Made by a program: the position numbers and the translations under genes. The notes under the pieces are model-generated. The model did not search any database. It was not told the DNA's origin and was given only the letters and a program-made list of their open reading frames with translations. From Octopus vulgaris (lineage: Eukaryota): a DNA stretch of 64,000 bases. The stretch covers positions 38,068,001-38,132,000 of the forward strand of contig OX597831.1 in the NCBI GenBank assembly GCA_951406725.2. Direction: 5' to 3'. Positions 12,011 to 25,502 of the stretch are shown here, one piece after another. Numbering within the stretch: the first letter of the stretch is position 1; each line of letters starts with the position of its first letter.

Positions 12011-13687
12011 TTGACAGGATGTATAGTAGGTAGCATGGATGTGGTATCCCTATACCCATCGATTGACGTAGATTTTGCAGTGGAGAAGTGCGTGGAGATG
12101 ATCAACGAGAGCCAGGTGGAGTTCTGTAATGTCGACACAGAAGAACTGGGCCTCCTACTTAGACTGACATATAATAGTGAATACTTAGATAAACATAATC
12201 TTAGTAGTTTCTGCCCCAGTAGATGTTTAAGAGGTAGACCGCCTACAATTACTTCTATGGCTAGGAAGACACATATAGAAAGATGGCGCGGATGGACCAG
12301 AGCCATACGGAGCCCCGCAAATGTCCATCAGGTAAAGAAAATGATCGCACATGCACTAGGAGCTAGTATAAGAGTTACCCTAAAAGGCCACACATTTAAA
12401 TTTAATAATAAAATATATGCCCAGGACGAGGGGGCAGCCATCGGTGTTAGTATCGCTGGTGATGTGGCCAACCTCTTCATGGTATGGTGGGAAAGAAGGC
12501 TTAAAGAATGCCTACTGCAGAAATCCATACTCGTAAACATGTACTCTCGCTATGTTGATGATATCAATATAGTAGTAAAGGCACCCCCACAAGAGAGTAC
12601 GGTTGATATAGTAATAGAAACTAATACTATGGAGAGCATCCAGCAAATAGCTAACTCCATCCACCAGAGTATTAAGGTCACAATAGACTACCCCACTAAA
12701 CACCCCAACCATAGACTACCAGTACTAGACACTGAACTCTGGCTAGAAATTGTGAAAAATAAAACCCAAATCCTTCATTCATACTATGCAAAACCTATGG
12801 CCTCAAAATACCTGATCCACCGGAACTCAGCCATTGCGAGCAATGCCAAATTCAATATTTTGATGGCAGACCTCGTCAGAATAATGAGAAATGTGTCACG
12901 CATGTGCGAGCCTACAGAATTAAAGAGACACATACAGTATTTCATTCACCGCATGCAGTTCTCAGGTTACAGCCATAAAGAAAGGATCAGAGTATACAAA
13001 GGAGCCATGAAGAAATTTGATAATATATTATGTAATGATAGGAATGGGATTTGCCCACTCTATAGGAACAAGTCATGGAACACTATAGAAAGGACAAAAA
13101 AGAAAATAAGGAAGGCCAACTCTTGGTATGATAGCCATAAATACCAGAGTGTCATGTTCGTTGACACCACCCCTGGAGGTGAACTAGCGTACCGCTTTAG
13201 AAGGACCCTAGATAAACTTAAACTAAGAATTAAGGTTGTTGAAAAGCCAGGCAACCCTATCAGATCTATAATTGGTAGAACCTATCCTTTTAGTAGAACT
13301 CTCTGTACGGATAATTATTGCACTGTATGTAGATTTAGCCCACAAACGAACTGTAAAGCCAGAAATGTGGTCTATAGTATAAGATGTATAGAGGGACGAT
13401 GCAGTAACAAGACAGTAACATACGTAGGGGAAACTGCAAGAAGCATTGGTGAGCGGGTGAATGAACATTGGAGACAACTCAAGGAAGGTAAAAGCTCATC
13501 GATTCTGTACCAACACGCCGAACAAGAACACGGGGGATCAATCAATAACATAGAGATTAAGATATTGTCCACACATAGAACAGATGCAACAATTAGACAA
13601 ATTACAGAAGCTACACATATAATAGAAAATAAACCTAGCCTGAATAGAAAACTAGAATGGAGCAATAGCGCACACCACAACATATGA
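12011..13687 (+). CDS. PLE reverse transcriptase core plus C-terminal GIY-YIG endonuclease (same frame as the upstream ORF)
   Basis: [13 protein letters not shown] (motif A), [20 protein letters not shown] (B'), YSRYVDDI (C), LPVLD, linker [11 protein letters not shown] motifs NVVYSIRC...YVGETAR...EH...H...EA...PSLN. Confidence 0.92.
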   Translation: MTGCIVGSMDVVSLYPSIDVDFAVEKCVEMINESQVEFCNVDTEELGLLLRLTYNSEYLDKHNLSSFCPSRCLRGRPPTITSMARKTHIERWRGWTRAIRSPANVHQVKKMIAHALGASIRVTLKGHTFKFNNKIYAQDEGAAIGVSIAGDVANLFMVWWERRLKECLLQKSILVNMYSRYVDDINIVVKAPPQESTVDIVIETNTMESIQQIANSIHQSIKVTIDYPTKHPNHRLPVLDTELWLEIVKNKTQILHSYYAKPMASKYLIHRNSAIASNAKFNILMADLVRIMRNVSRMCEPTELKRHIQYFIHRMQFSGYSHKERIRVYKGAMKKFDNILCNDRNGICPLYRNKSWNTIERTKKKIRKANSWYDSHKYQSVMFVDTTPGGELAYRFRRTLDKLKLRIKVVEKPGNPIRSIIGRTYPFSRTLCTDNYCTVCRFSPQTNCKARNVVYSIRCIEGRCSNKTVTYVGETARSIGERVNEHWRQLKEGKSSSILYQHAEQEHGGSINNIEIKILSTHRTDATIRQITEATHIIENKPSLNRKLEWSNSAHHNI

Positions 13688-13907
13688 CAATAGTGGATCC
13701 TGCAAACATAATAAATACACAGGTAATTAAAGAAATAGAAATGAATATCTATGTGTATGTATATGTGTATATATATGTATATGTATATGTGTATATATGT
13801 GTGTATATATGTATATATATATATGTATATGTATGTGTATGTATATATATATATATATGTATATGTATATTCTTTTTTTTTTTTTTTTTTTTTTCTCGAT
13901 TAGATTT

Positions 13908-14431
13908 ATTATTATTATTACTAATATTGTTGTTATACATACATACAAGCATATGTAATGATAATAATGGGTGGATGTAAACACATGAACAAAATTAGAA
14001 CAAAAGCAACAACAACAAAAACAAAATACAAATTACAAGAATGTATGTAACCAGAAGATACAAATATTACAGAGATCCCCCCCCCCCAACACACTAAATA
14101 AACATAGACGCACATAGAGATATAAGCATGCGCAGATGAAGACATACAATAGAAATACAAAATGGCTGACGGTTAGTAAGGAGAGACACAAGTAAGTGAG
14201 AAGAAAACAAAGGACCACTGATGCGGTCACAGGAGTGTGACGAAAGAACTATGGCCGAAATAAGATTAAGATTAATGTAAAAAATAAATATCACTGAAGC
14301 AAAATAACACCAAATATATAGTGCGTGTGTTTTTATTGGCTAAACTGGCAATATGACCATTCCGAAATATAACAATATCTGTTTCAACACACGACTTCAC
14401 ATAAAAAATCTTGCACAACAAATATTTAAAC

Positions 14432-14434
<3 letters not shown>
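13908..14434 (+). repeat. 3' pseudo-LTR of the PLE
   Basis: Direct repeat of 9318-9848; ends AAACGTA and runs into (TA)n. Confidence 0.92.
14212..14256 (+). ncRNA. Minimal type I hammerhead-like motif in the 3' pLTR (putative CUA cleavage after 14251)
   Basis: GGACCA CTGATGCG GTCAC-AGGAGT-GTGAC GAAA GAAC TA TGGCC. Confidence 0.5.
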
Positions 14435-14487
<53 letters not shown>

Positions 14488-14557
14488 ATATATATAAATA
14501 TATTCACAAGCTTCTTTTAATTTAATTTTTATCACCATCATCCTGTTGTTATTACTA

Positions 14558-14625
<68 letters not shown>

Positions 14626-15322
14626 GTTACTGCTTGAAAATCTTTTTGTTAATAATTTAGCATTCAGTTTGGAATAAATAATCAGTGGCTACATAAATAT
14701 ATTATGAATGCAATTGGCAACATGTAGCTGTTTAATTCAACACATTATGTATTAATTTAGATTTATTTTTCTCCCCACAAGGAATTCACAAAGAGAAAAT
14801 GAATACTGCCACAGGTATAGTAAAGTTTGGAGAGTTATTACTTTCTATTTGTTTTAGTGCTATAATTAGACGAGAATTGCTACAGTCATTTTTTTAATAA
14901 AAAATTTTTTCTTCTCTTGATATCGCCCCACGCGTTTGCTTAATTCATTATTAATGAATCTGAAAAATATGGATCGCTGAGGTATATTACTGGAAGTGCT
15001 AAATACGTTTTGCCTTTTCAAGTAGTCTGTATACCAACCGTTGGAGTGTTTCGGTCGGTTTCATATCTCTTCTTGTTTCTTTCTATCGTTGAGAATTTCG
15101 TTTTTGCTCTAACTGTTATTGGTGTTCCTCACACGCATACACACACCCACGCACGCAACACGCACACACACACACACACACACACGCATACACGCACATA
15201 CTCAGCCTAACATTAACATTTGATTTTAGAACAGAAAATCATTTGGCTTAATTGATATACATGTATACATACATATATATTCATACATATAAATACAAAC
15301 ATATATATATATACATATATGC

Positions 15323-15355
<33 letters not shown>

Positions 15356-15599
15356 TATATGTTGTGTGTGTACACATATACATTATAAATATTATTGGAA
15401 TACAATAGTATTATTTCGCTGCTAAATAAATCACCTTGAATATAGAATTACAAATATAAAATAATGCTATAATTAGGCACCAACGTCTACTGGAAATATC
15501 AGTCGATAACTGATTTCTGTTCTGCTTATGGCTAGGCGATCAAACGAATATATTGGCGTTGATGTAACGAATATTCAAAAATTCCGTGTTTGGTGAATG

Positions 15600-15666
15600 T
15601 AGCTGATGAGGACTAACCGAATTTACGGTAACAAGCGTATAAGAGAAGTCCGAAACTCGAGTACTA
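15600..15666 (+). ncRNA. Type I hammerhead ribozyme motif with canonical core
   Basis: TAG CTGATGA GGACT...AGTCC GAAA CTCGAG TA CTA: intact CUGAUGA/GAAA/GUA, 5-bp stem II, palindromic stem III (ACTCGAGT), 3-bp stem I. Confidence 0.7.
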
Positions 15667-15849
15667 GATTATCCACTCTAGGTTATTCATCTATCCGGTG
15701 ATCTTACTAGAGGTAAGACGTAAACATTTGTATTCGTTGCCTACACACATCTTTGTCAATATATATTCAGTGAAGCTTACATAGCGTCGTACTGTTAACC
15801 ACTACTATTTCCAGCAAACATTTACCATGTTGTACTACTATTTTATGGG

Positions 15850-15891
<42 letters not shown>

Positions 15892-16892
15892 TGTGTGTTA
15901 CGACAGAAGAAGCAGTCAGAAGTTTGGATAATTCTTTATTAATTCTTTCGTTCGTTTAACCGAATTCTACAAGCCAAAACAAGACAATAAATCAGAATCT
16001 TTTCTTAATATACAATATCTGTACACCACTTCAAACACACTACGCACACCACACACACACACATAAATATATTTATTTATCATTCAATGTTCAACAAAGA
16101 AATATGAACAATAGGGACAAAGGGTAAAGTCAGTCACTGTCCGAGAGTTTATTAAGGCTTTCCCCACATTTTCATCTTCAGACGCAAAAACTGTTTCATT
16201 GAGTGACTTACCGCAGTCTGTCCGAATCATACGGTGATAACTCGTTCTTGATCGTTTCCTCCCGTGTTTTCCATCTTGTGAGTTTTAAGCAGCAAACACT
16301 GTTGATAGTATTCATTGGATGCATGTTGCAGTTGCGGGCAAATTCATCTCAGTTGGTGTTCCTATATGCTTCTGCTCATTAGCTTTTCTTCAACCGTCTA
16401 CAGATATTTGTCTCTTTTCTCTTAGTCCCATAGAAACACGGGACTACTTTACCGTGTGATATGAGAAGCAAAAACCATGGTGCTAGAAATAAACGAATCA
16501 AAGACAGAATACATCACCATTAATATAAACACAGAGGAAACAACGTGTGTCCGGGCAAATGAAAAGCAGCTAACCAGTGTTGATACATTCACTTAACTCG
16601 GATCGAATAAAACTAATCTCTCTCATAACAAAGTCAGTGACATCATAGACAGGAGAAGAGCGACATGTGTAGTAGTGTCACAGTTTCAACACCTCTGGTC
16701 GTCTGACATCAATAGAACAACGCAGAGAAGAATGTACAAAAACCTATTTTCTGATTTTCCATATTAAGGCGAGACATGGTAACAAGTGCGAACCGGCAGA
16801 GGGGCCATGAGGAAAGCTTTTCACACAAGAAATCTGAGGAAAATATATCACATATCCTATGTATATAATTACGATGTGATACAACAATATAT

Positions 16893-16954
<62 letters not shown>

Positions 16955-17844
16955 TATATATATATCCTCCCCATCTACCCACCAATTACACACAGAAATA
17001 GCCGCATAACTTAATCACCTTCGCACTGACCAAAAGGGATAAACATCCCACTGTTGTTCATCAACTAATGATATATATCCTGAAGAGATGAATCCATGAA
17101 GATATCAACCCGATCCCCACGGATGTTATCCTCCCAGGGATACACAACATGATCTTAAGTGACATATGATGGGTGGAAACGCGCGTATAAATTCCATTCA
17201 AGTATGGAATTTATATATTAATGTTTGAAGATGTCTGAGGCTTGAAAATATGGCTATAAGGAAAGAAATATATAACAAAACGGGTCTAGGGTTGACTAAG
17301 TGCTAATTTTCCGTGCGGTAATCGAACACCATTTAAAAGTTATTAGAAATATATAATATTTAAGATGCAATCCGAGAATACAACAACGTGACATATATTA
17401 CCGCTTTTATATAATGGAATATTCGACAAAATTGAAAATTATTTTCTGGATAAAAATAGAGAATTTTCAGGAGAAATGTTGGAAGCTGAAATCATGTCAA
17501 CAACTTACTCAAAATAATTGCATTTAAACATATATATAGATCATCGGCACGTTGATAAATTTGACATGCAACACTGCGTGTATATGTATTTCTATGTTTG
17601 AGTTTTCTCTGTATGTGTTTGAGGGAAATCTATTTAAGTGGAGATGCAGTGGTATAATTATTCATATGTACTCGTATATATAAATATATACGCATACACA
17701 TGTATACAGAAAACGAAACTAGCATGCAGAAGATGCACATGTTGTTTTCTGTACATTTGTGAATATAATTGTATTTTTAAATACATGCAGTGAATGCACA
17801 CAGCTTCCAACGTCTCTAACATATATGTATATATATGTATATAC

Positions 17845-17887
<43 letters not shown>

Positions 17888-17894
17888 TACATAC

Positions 17895-17959
<65 letters not shown>

Positions 17960-17986
17960 ATATATATATGTATATATATAAATATC

Positions 17987-18020
<34 letters not shown>

Positions 18021-18036
18021 CTTGTACATATCTATA

Positions 18037-18073
<37 letters not shown>

Positions 18074-18280
18074 GTCCATAGATGCATATAAGCATTGGTA
18101 AGTCTCATAGCATAGGATGCATAGTGTGCGTGCATATAAGCAAGGTGAGTATGCAAATAGGAATAACCGACTATTTAAATACCTGAACATAAGCAGAAAC
18201 ACAAGCGAATATACGTAAACATATGCAACTATTTGGACATGCTGGCACAGAATATGCGTATGTACTTTTGTATATACATG

Positions 18281-18379
<99 letters not shown>

Positions 18380-18380
18380 A

Positions 18381-18417
<37 letters not shown>

Positions 18418-18452
18418 GTCTATCTGTCTGTCTGTCTGCCTGTCTGTCTGTC
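18281..18452. repeat. (TATC)n/(TGTC)n microsatellite
   Basis: Directly visible. Confidence 0.95.
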
Positions 18453-18634
18453 TGTAGATTTTTTCTCCCTCTCCCCCTTTTTTTAAAAAATCCTCCCCTT
18501 TTTTTGTCCTCTTTCTTTCCTTTTACGATTCCTTTTGATCGAAAACCAACCCCCCTTTTTTACCCCCAAAAGAAAAGCTCTACCTTGTAATTTGTTCTGT
18601 CTGTGTGCAGCCCTGTGTGGCTAATAAAGAAACA

Positions 18635-18683
<49 letters not shown>

Positions 18684-18685
18684 CG

Positions 18686-18718
<33 letters not shown>

Positions 18719-19029
18719 CATATGTATGTATGTATGTGTACAAACACATATATATTTGTGTGTACGTAACATTATATTTATGCAAAATGACACAAACACT
18801 AAACTTCTAACACACATACAGACATAAGCACCGTACAATTGCATTTAAATATATATATTCACATAATGACATCAGATACGGCCGAGACACGCGCCAGTGA
18901 AGGCACATTAATATAATGAGATGGCTGTTGCTTGTTTACGTATAGTACTGCCTATGCCTGTTTGTATATAGGTATGTGCATGATAAATATATACATACAT
19001 ATGTGTACACACGCATTGACAACGACACA

Positions 19030-19109
<80 letters not shown>

Positions 19110-19546
19110 CATATATACATATGTCATCATGCAATTGCTAAATGATATGGAAGAAATGAAGAAAGTGTTATTGCTATTTCGTTGGAGTCTTTTAAAATCT
19201 AAAATATTTCAGACTCTTCAAGACGTATTTATTTGATTGAATTTCAAATGCCGGTAAATGAATGTAGTAAATTAATAATAAAACTGAACAAAAAATATAA
19301 TTATAATGAAGTACAAAATAACAAAAAAAATTTGAGTTGAAAATCATTAAATCAATATTCGTGCGCATATGTAAATTTACACGATATAAAAATTTACATC
19401 GTACATAAGCATACATGCATACAGGTGCGCACACAAGCATATTTTTGTACACACACACACACACATATATGTATATATATGTGTGTATATGTGTATATAC
19501 ATGTATATATATAAATACATATTTATATATATAAATGTATATATAG

Positions 19547-19938
19547 GGCGCAGGAGTGGCTGTGTGGTAAGTAGCTTGCTAACCAACCACATGGTTGCAG
19601 GTTCAGTCCCACTGCGTGGCATCTTGGGCAAGTGTCTTCTGCTATAGCCCCGGGCCGACCAATGTCTTGTGAGTGGATTTGGTGGACGGAAACTGAAAGA
19701 AACCTGTCGTATATATATATTTATATATATATGTGTGTGTGTGTGTGTGTCTGTGTTTGTCCCCCTAGCATTGCTTGACAACCGATGCTGGTGTGTTTAC
19801 GTCCCCGTCACCTAGCGGTTCGGCAAAAGAGACCGATAGAATAAGTACTGGGCTTACAAAGAATAAGTCCCGGGTCGATTTGTTCGACTAAAGGCGGTGC
19901 TCCAGCATGAGTAAAAGAGTAAAAGAGTAAAAAGAGTA
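19547..19938 (+). mobile_element. tRNA-derived SINE, family B (internal TA/TG microsatellite, GAGTAAAA tail repeats)
   Basis: Head GGCGCAGGAGTGGCTGTGTGGTAAG...GGTTCAGTCCC with A/B boxes, CORE-like CTTGGGCAAGTG; several homologous copies in the window. Confidence 0.8.
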
Positions 19939-19986
19939 TATATATATACATATATATGAAGATTAAATTATATGTCTATATATATA

Positions 19987-20173
19987 GTGGAGGCACATGG
20001 CCTAGTGGTTAGAGCAGCGGACTCGTGGTCTAGGGATCGCGGGTTCGAATCTCAGACCTAAGCTACATGCGGCTCCGGTAGAAGATAATGGCGAACTTCT
20101 GCTGACTCTTTCGCCACAACTTTCTCCCACTCTTTCCTCCTTCATCTTGCCAGACATGGCACGAGAAGGAACA

Positions 20174-20175
<2 letters not shown>
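19987..20175 (+). mobile_element. tRNA-derived SINE, family C (internally deleted)
   Basis: GTGGAGGCACATGGCCTAGTGGTTAG...GGGTTCGAATCTC has clear Pol III A and B boxes; homologous to 47665-47949. Confidence 0.75.
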
Positions 20176-20210
<35 letters not shown>

Positions 20211-20997
20211 CTTATATATATGCATATATCGGTGTGTGTATACATACAAGTGGATATATACGTATACATATAATTGTAGATAGATGATAGATATATAAAT
20301 AGATATATATAGATCAATCTATACATTCACACATACACACATGCACACTTGCATAGATACATACACTCATCTATGCATACATGTATATATGTATATTTAG
20401 GCAGTGTAATATAAGGGCATATATTACCAACTGTTCAACAGTATATTATGCAGTGGTATTGTATATTATTTTACCACGAAGAGTACTGAACATGTATGCT
20501 CAATTTAATTGGAAAATTTGAAATGTAGATAAATTATTTGCTAAACGGAATTGTACTTGAATTGAGTGAAAGAGAGAAAGAGAGAAAGTGTGTGTGAGAG
20601 AGAGTGTGTTAGAGAGCGTGAGAGAGAGAGAGAGAGAGAGAGAGGAACAATGAGAAAACGACAGAGATATCTAGTCACATCTACTAATGTAATACTTGAA
20701 TACATTGTAAATGTCCTACCCAGGTGTGTTAAATATCCGAAATTTTAAAATGTCCACCATGATACTGACAATCTATCCGTCATGATCAGGCCTAGATTTG
20801 CGACGAGGGCTACATTCTACTGGCTCCACCGATCTCCTCTTTTCAGTAAGAGTCATATAGATTCGTACGTTGCACCCTGCACGTTATTTTGCTATACATT
20901 CAATCTGTACATGCTTAGCTATTTCATCTCGCTGTTTTTATATATCTAAGCATATGTCTTTTTATCCCCTATCCATTCCTCTCTCTCTCTTCCTCTT

Positions 20998-21028
<31 letters not shown>

Positions 21029-21559
21029 CTATCGATCTATCCACCTGTTTACATCTACAATCTGAAGATATAGCAATGGCTGAGCATTAAATCTTGCAAT
21101 AACAACTAAAATTATTTTTATTATCTTTCGCAATATCCTAGTAAACTGCGTCTAAAATCATGTAACTGCTTTTAAGTCAATCATCACTCACTCGCTTGAA
21201 CTATACCACATACTCCTACACTTACCTGGTTATATATATATATATTTTTTTTTTCTAGTTTCAGCTCACGAGCTGTGGCCATGCTGGGGCACCGCCATTT
21301 TATATATATATCCCTCTCCCTTGAATGAATCCCCAAAGGGAGTCACAAATTTGGTCGTTGCATAATAACTATTACTTTCCCCCTATCACACGTCACTAAT
21401 AATTCTCGCTCCGTCTGTTTTCTCCGATCTTTGAATTTTCTTTTTAGTTAACCACGTAACGGCGTAACACATTTAACCTCAGCTCATCAATATATTGATA
21501 ACATTCCTGGCATAAGTTCTTAAATTTTGGGTAAGGGGACAGTCAAATTCACTATGCCC

Positions 21560-21705
21560 CAGGAATCAATTGGTATTTATTTTAGTTCCAACGAAAGGAT
21601 GAAGGGCAATTTTCACCTCGACGAAATTTGAACAGAGAATATAAGACTTGAAAATATGCCGCTGAACTTTTTGTCTGGCGCGTTAAGGATTCTGCCAGAT
21701 CACCG
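21560..21705 (-). mobile_element. SINE family A, diverged
   Basis: GAAAGGATGAAGGGC...AAATTTGAAC...TTCTGCCAG is the reverse complement of the family A sequence. Confidence 0.55.
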
Positions 21706-21743
21706 AATCTATGATGATGATAATAATAATATTCATAATAATG

Positions 21744-21819
<76 letters not shown>

Positions 21820-21834
21820 TGGAAATAATAATAA

Positions 21835-22243
21835 TAACAAAATAACGATAACAATGATGAGAAGAAAGATGATGTCGAGGACAATAGCGTCAATAGAGAA
21901 GAAGAAGAAGAAGAAGAAGAAGAAGAAGAAGAAGAAGAAGAAGAAGAAGAAGAAGAAGAAGAAGAAGAAGATAACTGAGTTGATGTCCATGATATAATAA
22001 TAATAATAACAAAAATAACGATAACAATGATGAGAAGAAAGATGATGTCGAGGACAATATCGTCAATAGAGAAGAAGAAGAAGAAGAAGAAGAAGAAGAA
22101 GAAGAAGAAGAAGGAGAAGAAGAAGAAGAAAAAGAAGAAGAAGGAGAAGAAGAAGAAGAAGAAGAAGAAGAAGAAGAAGAAGAAGAAGAAGAAGAAGAAG
22201 AAGAAGAAGAAGAAGAAGAACATAACTGAGTTGATGTCCATGA
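21835..22243. repeat. Tandem duplication of a (GAA)n-containing unit
   Basis: AATAACGATAACAATGATGAGAAGAAAGATGATGTCGAGGACAATA...(GAA)n...ATAACTGAGTTGATGTCCATGAT occurs twice. Confidence 0.85.
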
Positions 22244-22792
22244 TGATGCTGATAAAGAAATATGATAATAATCAGGAGGACCGTGAAGATAATGACGCCG
22301 ACAACCCGAGAAAGAATGATTAAAACATTGCAATTTGGAAGTCTTAGAAGAAAATAAAACGTAATTAGAATTACTGTATTTATTAAAATAAATTGATTTA
22401 TATTCATAAAGCAAATAACAAATTCATTAAATATTTTATTAATTTCATGGTATCTTTCTTGCTACTACTTCAGAAATTGCAACTAATATGTTATATCAGC
22501 GACTGTTAAAATATATTTGTCTACACCTTTTCATGTAAAGAAATAGACGAAATACAAAATTTCATATAAATGGACAACGAACGTTACGACGAATCCGATA
22601 ATCGACAGCATAATACTGTATAATATAAGAATTCTGGGATTGTTATTGTCAAATAGACTTCAGGATTACTTACGTAGCCATTTTATATTTGATGGGGGAA
22701 TATGGGTGTGTATATATATTTGTGTGTTTGTGTGTGTGGGTTTCAGTATTATATGCGCGTATATTAGTGTTTTATATAGAGAGAGAGATTCA

Positions 22793-22850
<58 letters not shown>

Positions 22851-22954
22851 CGTGTGTGTGTATAGAATGTATGTTAGTATTTCTAGATTCTTATATATAT
22901 ATATTTATATAAATCTACGGATACTCTGAAATTTTCAGCTATCTATGTATCTAT

Positions 22955-23013
<59 letters not shown>

Positions 23014-23614
23014 CCACTCTATCTCTTTATGTATATATCTAAATCTCAGGCTCAACACATACACACGCAGGCACAGAAACGCACACACATGTACATACAA
23101 GCATTTATGTTAATCTCTCAGTTTCTTCGAATGAATATATGTTTATTTTTATCGAATCATTTGCGTAAAAAAATCAAATTCGGAAATATCCTTTTGTAAT
23201 GTTACGCGCACACACACTCATACACACAAACACTCGTATAGAACACCATTGTACTTTTCCTGCCAAACAGTTTTCCTTTTTATATGATCTGTTACATTTC
23301 CATATAAAAATCAGTGAAATATAAAATAAGTCAATGAAAACATTTAAAAAAATTAGTCGATATTCGTTTTTGTGAAATGAAAATCGTTTCGATAATATGA
23401 CATTTATATTCTATATCAATCTTTACAATCGCCTTGTGTATAGTTTGTTTGCTTCGCTATCGTATTTTTTTTTTATGAATGAACGAATGCCTGTTGGTGT
23501 GTTTTCACGGTTGTGTTTTTTTTCTGTGTGGGTGTACGTATGCGTGTACGTGCATGTGTACATGTGTGTGTGTGTGTTTGTATGTGTTCCCGTGTGCTTG
23601 TGTGTTCGTGCCTC

Positions 23615-23661
<47 letters not shown>

Positions 23662-23844
23662 ACTGCGTGTAGATATGTGTTGAAATGACGCGTGTTCGAA
23701 GAGAAAAGCGGAGTGGGAAAGGAAATGGAATACATACTCACGTATATATGTACATATATATACATATCTATGTATACATTCATGCGTGTATGTGTATCTA
23801 TATATATAAGTATGTATATGCATATATGTATATATATGTATATA

Positions 23845-23915
<71 letters not shown>

Positions 23916-23939
23916 GTGTATACACACACAAAGACACAG

Positions 23940-23988
<49 letters not shown>

Positions 23989-24506
23989 GGTATTGTTAAT
24001 ATCCCAGTTGACTCACACCTCTTTCTCCCAAACATAACAATATGAATCTTCTACATTTAATTCTGCTCTATTCTTTCTCAATTTCAGTGAAATTTTGCTT
24101 AGAGTTCCTCGACTGAAGAGTACAATGATATATATAATTCAATTAACTTAATTAATTTAATCTAACTCAATTCAGTCATGAATTTGCATTATTTTTTCAA
24201 TCTCAATACGAAACGATTGCCTCCATGAATTAAAATTCTCGCATATTTTAATAATTTATCTTCTCTATTTTTAATTAAATTGAGTTATATGGGTCTTCTT
24301 TCCATAAATTCAGCACACATCATATACAAGAAGTACTCTCATATCTTCGGAAAGTTACGCCTTTAAACTACGAGCAAAATATGAAAAAATAACATTAGAA
24401 ATCTTTTGGAGAAACCTCCAAATTAAAGGACGAATCTACATTCAACATTTTTACACCTATAGTACTATACGTATATATATATCTATGTATATATGTGTAT
24501 ATATAA

Positions 24507-24564
<58 letters not shown>

Positions 24565-24856
24565 ATATATGTGTGTGTGTATGTGTGTATGTATATGTAT
24601 ATATATGTATGTATGCGTATAGAATATGCCCGTTTTAGTTCACTAGTGATCTAAACGAATTGATACGATAGGTAAGTTATACAATTAGTCTTCCGTTAGG
24701 TTCCAAGTTCACAGCTGAGACCGGAGTTAGGGACCTGTATTAGTCGTCCATCTCAATAGGTATATATTAGTGGAAAACGGGAACAAAATCCACAGCGGGA
24801 CGAATATCTCAAGTTATTTATAATAATTTAGAGTAATGTAAATTTGAAGTCTTACA

Positions 24857-25188
24857 GTGATAGGTTAGCATGTCCGTACGCTGGTTATTCTATCATTAGA
24901 GACAAGGTGAGTATTTATGAAAGTTCCAGGCAGGGAAATTCCAAGTTTATAAGGAATAAAATAGAAGAAAAAAGATTAAAAGTAAATAGAATACAGACAG
25001 GAGAATAAAGTTCATGAAAATGATGAACTCTGACCTTTATTCTCATATCTATATTCTCTTTACGTTTACTCTTTATTCTTCTATTTTATTCCTTATAAAC
25101 TGGGAATTTCCCTGTCTGGAACTTTCATACATAATCACCTTGTCTCTGATGATGGAATAAGCAGTGTAAGGACATGCAAGCTTATCAC
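24857..25188. repeat. Imperfect inverted repeat / long hairpin with arms of about 150 bp
   Basis: GTGATAGGTTAGCATGTCC...AGAGACAAGGTGA...GGAATAAAATAGAAGAA is mirrored by TTCTTCTATTTTATTCC...TCACCTTGTCTCT...GGACATGCAAGCTTATCAC. Confidence 0.85.
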
Positions 25189-25502
25189 ATCATTCATCAT
25201 CATTGTTCGACCGTGGTCGAGACAATGGAATTTACTATGCTACGCCAGACTTCGCGGTCGATCATGGCATTAGGGAGGTCCTGTTGCTGGATGCCTGTAT
25301 CCATGGAGATTACATTAGGGTTGGAGAGTGTGCGCCCTCTGGCATTGCGAGTAGATGGCTTCCAGAGGAGGAGAGTAGAAATTACCGCTTTTTCAGCTCT
25401 ACAACAATGTCCAGCAAACTGGGCTCTCCTACCTTTCACAAGAGATGACACATGTGGTAGTTTCCCATATATTTGCATTTTGGTTGGATGAGAGCCTATC
25501 AC
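25189..25502 (-). mobile_element. 3' fragment of a LINE (RTE/RTE-X-like) ORF2 with (TGA)n-like tail
   Basis: QIYGKLPHVSSLVKGRRAQFAGHCCRAEKAVISTLLLWKP...RGR...AMIDREVWRSIV is a typical post-RT C-terminus; the stop is followed by a short tandem tail. Confidence 0.8.

Larger units (their letters stand above)
7536..14434 (+). mobile_element. Penelope-like retroelement insertion (C-terminal EN+; possibly Neptune/Hydra-like), composite inverted plus direct structure in (TA)n
   Basis: RT + GIY-YIG ORF; direct pseudo-LTRs at 9318-9848 and about 13908-14434; inverted 5'-truncated copy at 7536-9317; (TA)n on both flanks. Confidence 0.93.

Noticed and set aside
13684-14180. SECIS candidates starting at ATGA in the PLE 3' UTR
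   Set aside because: By eye none gives a well-paired helix II between the UGA/GA quartet and an AA loop; a SECISearch run is needed to exclude one properly.
19987-20060. Possible tRNA gene (also at 44696, 47665 and 54280-54347)
   Set aside because: A and B boxes are present but continue into a shared SINE body with tails and TSDs; no complete acceptor stem is evident.
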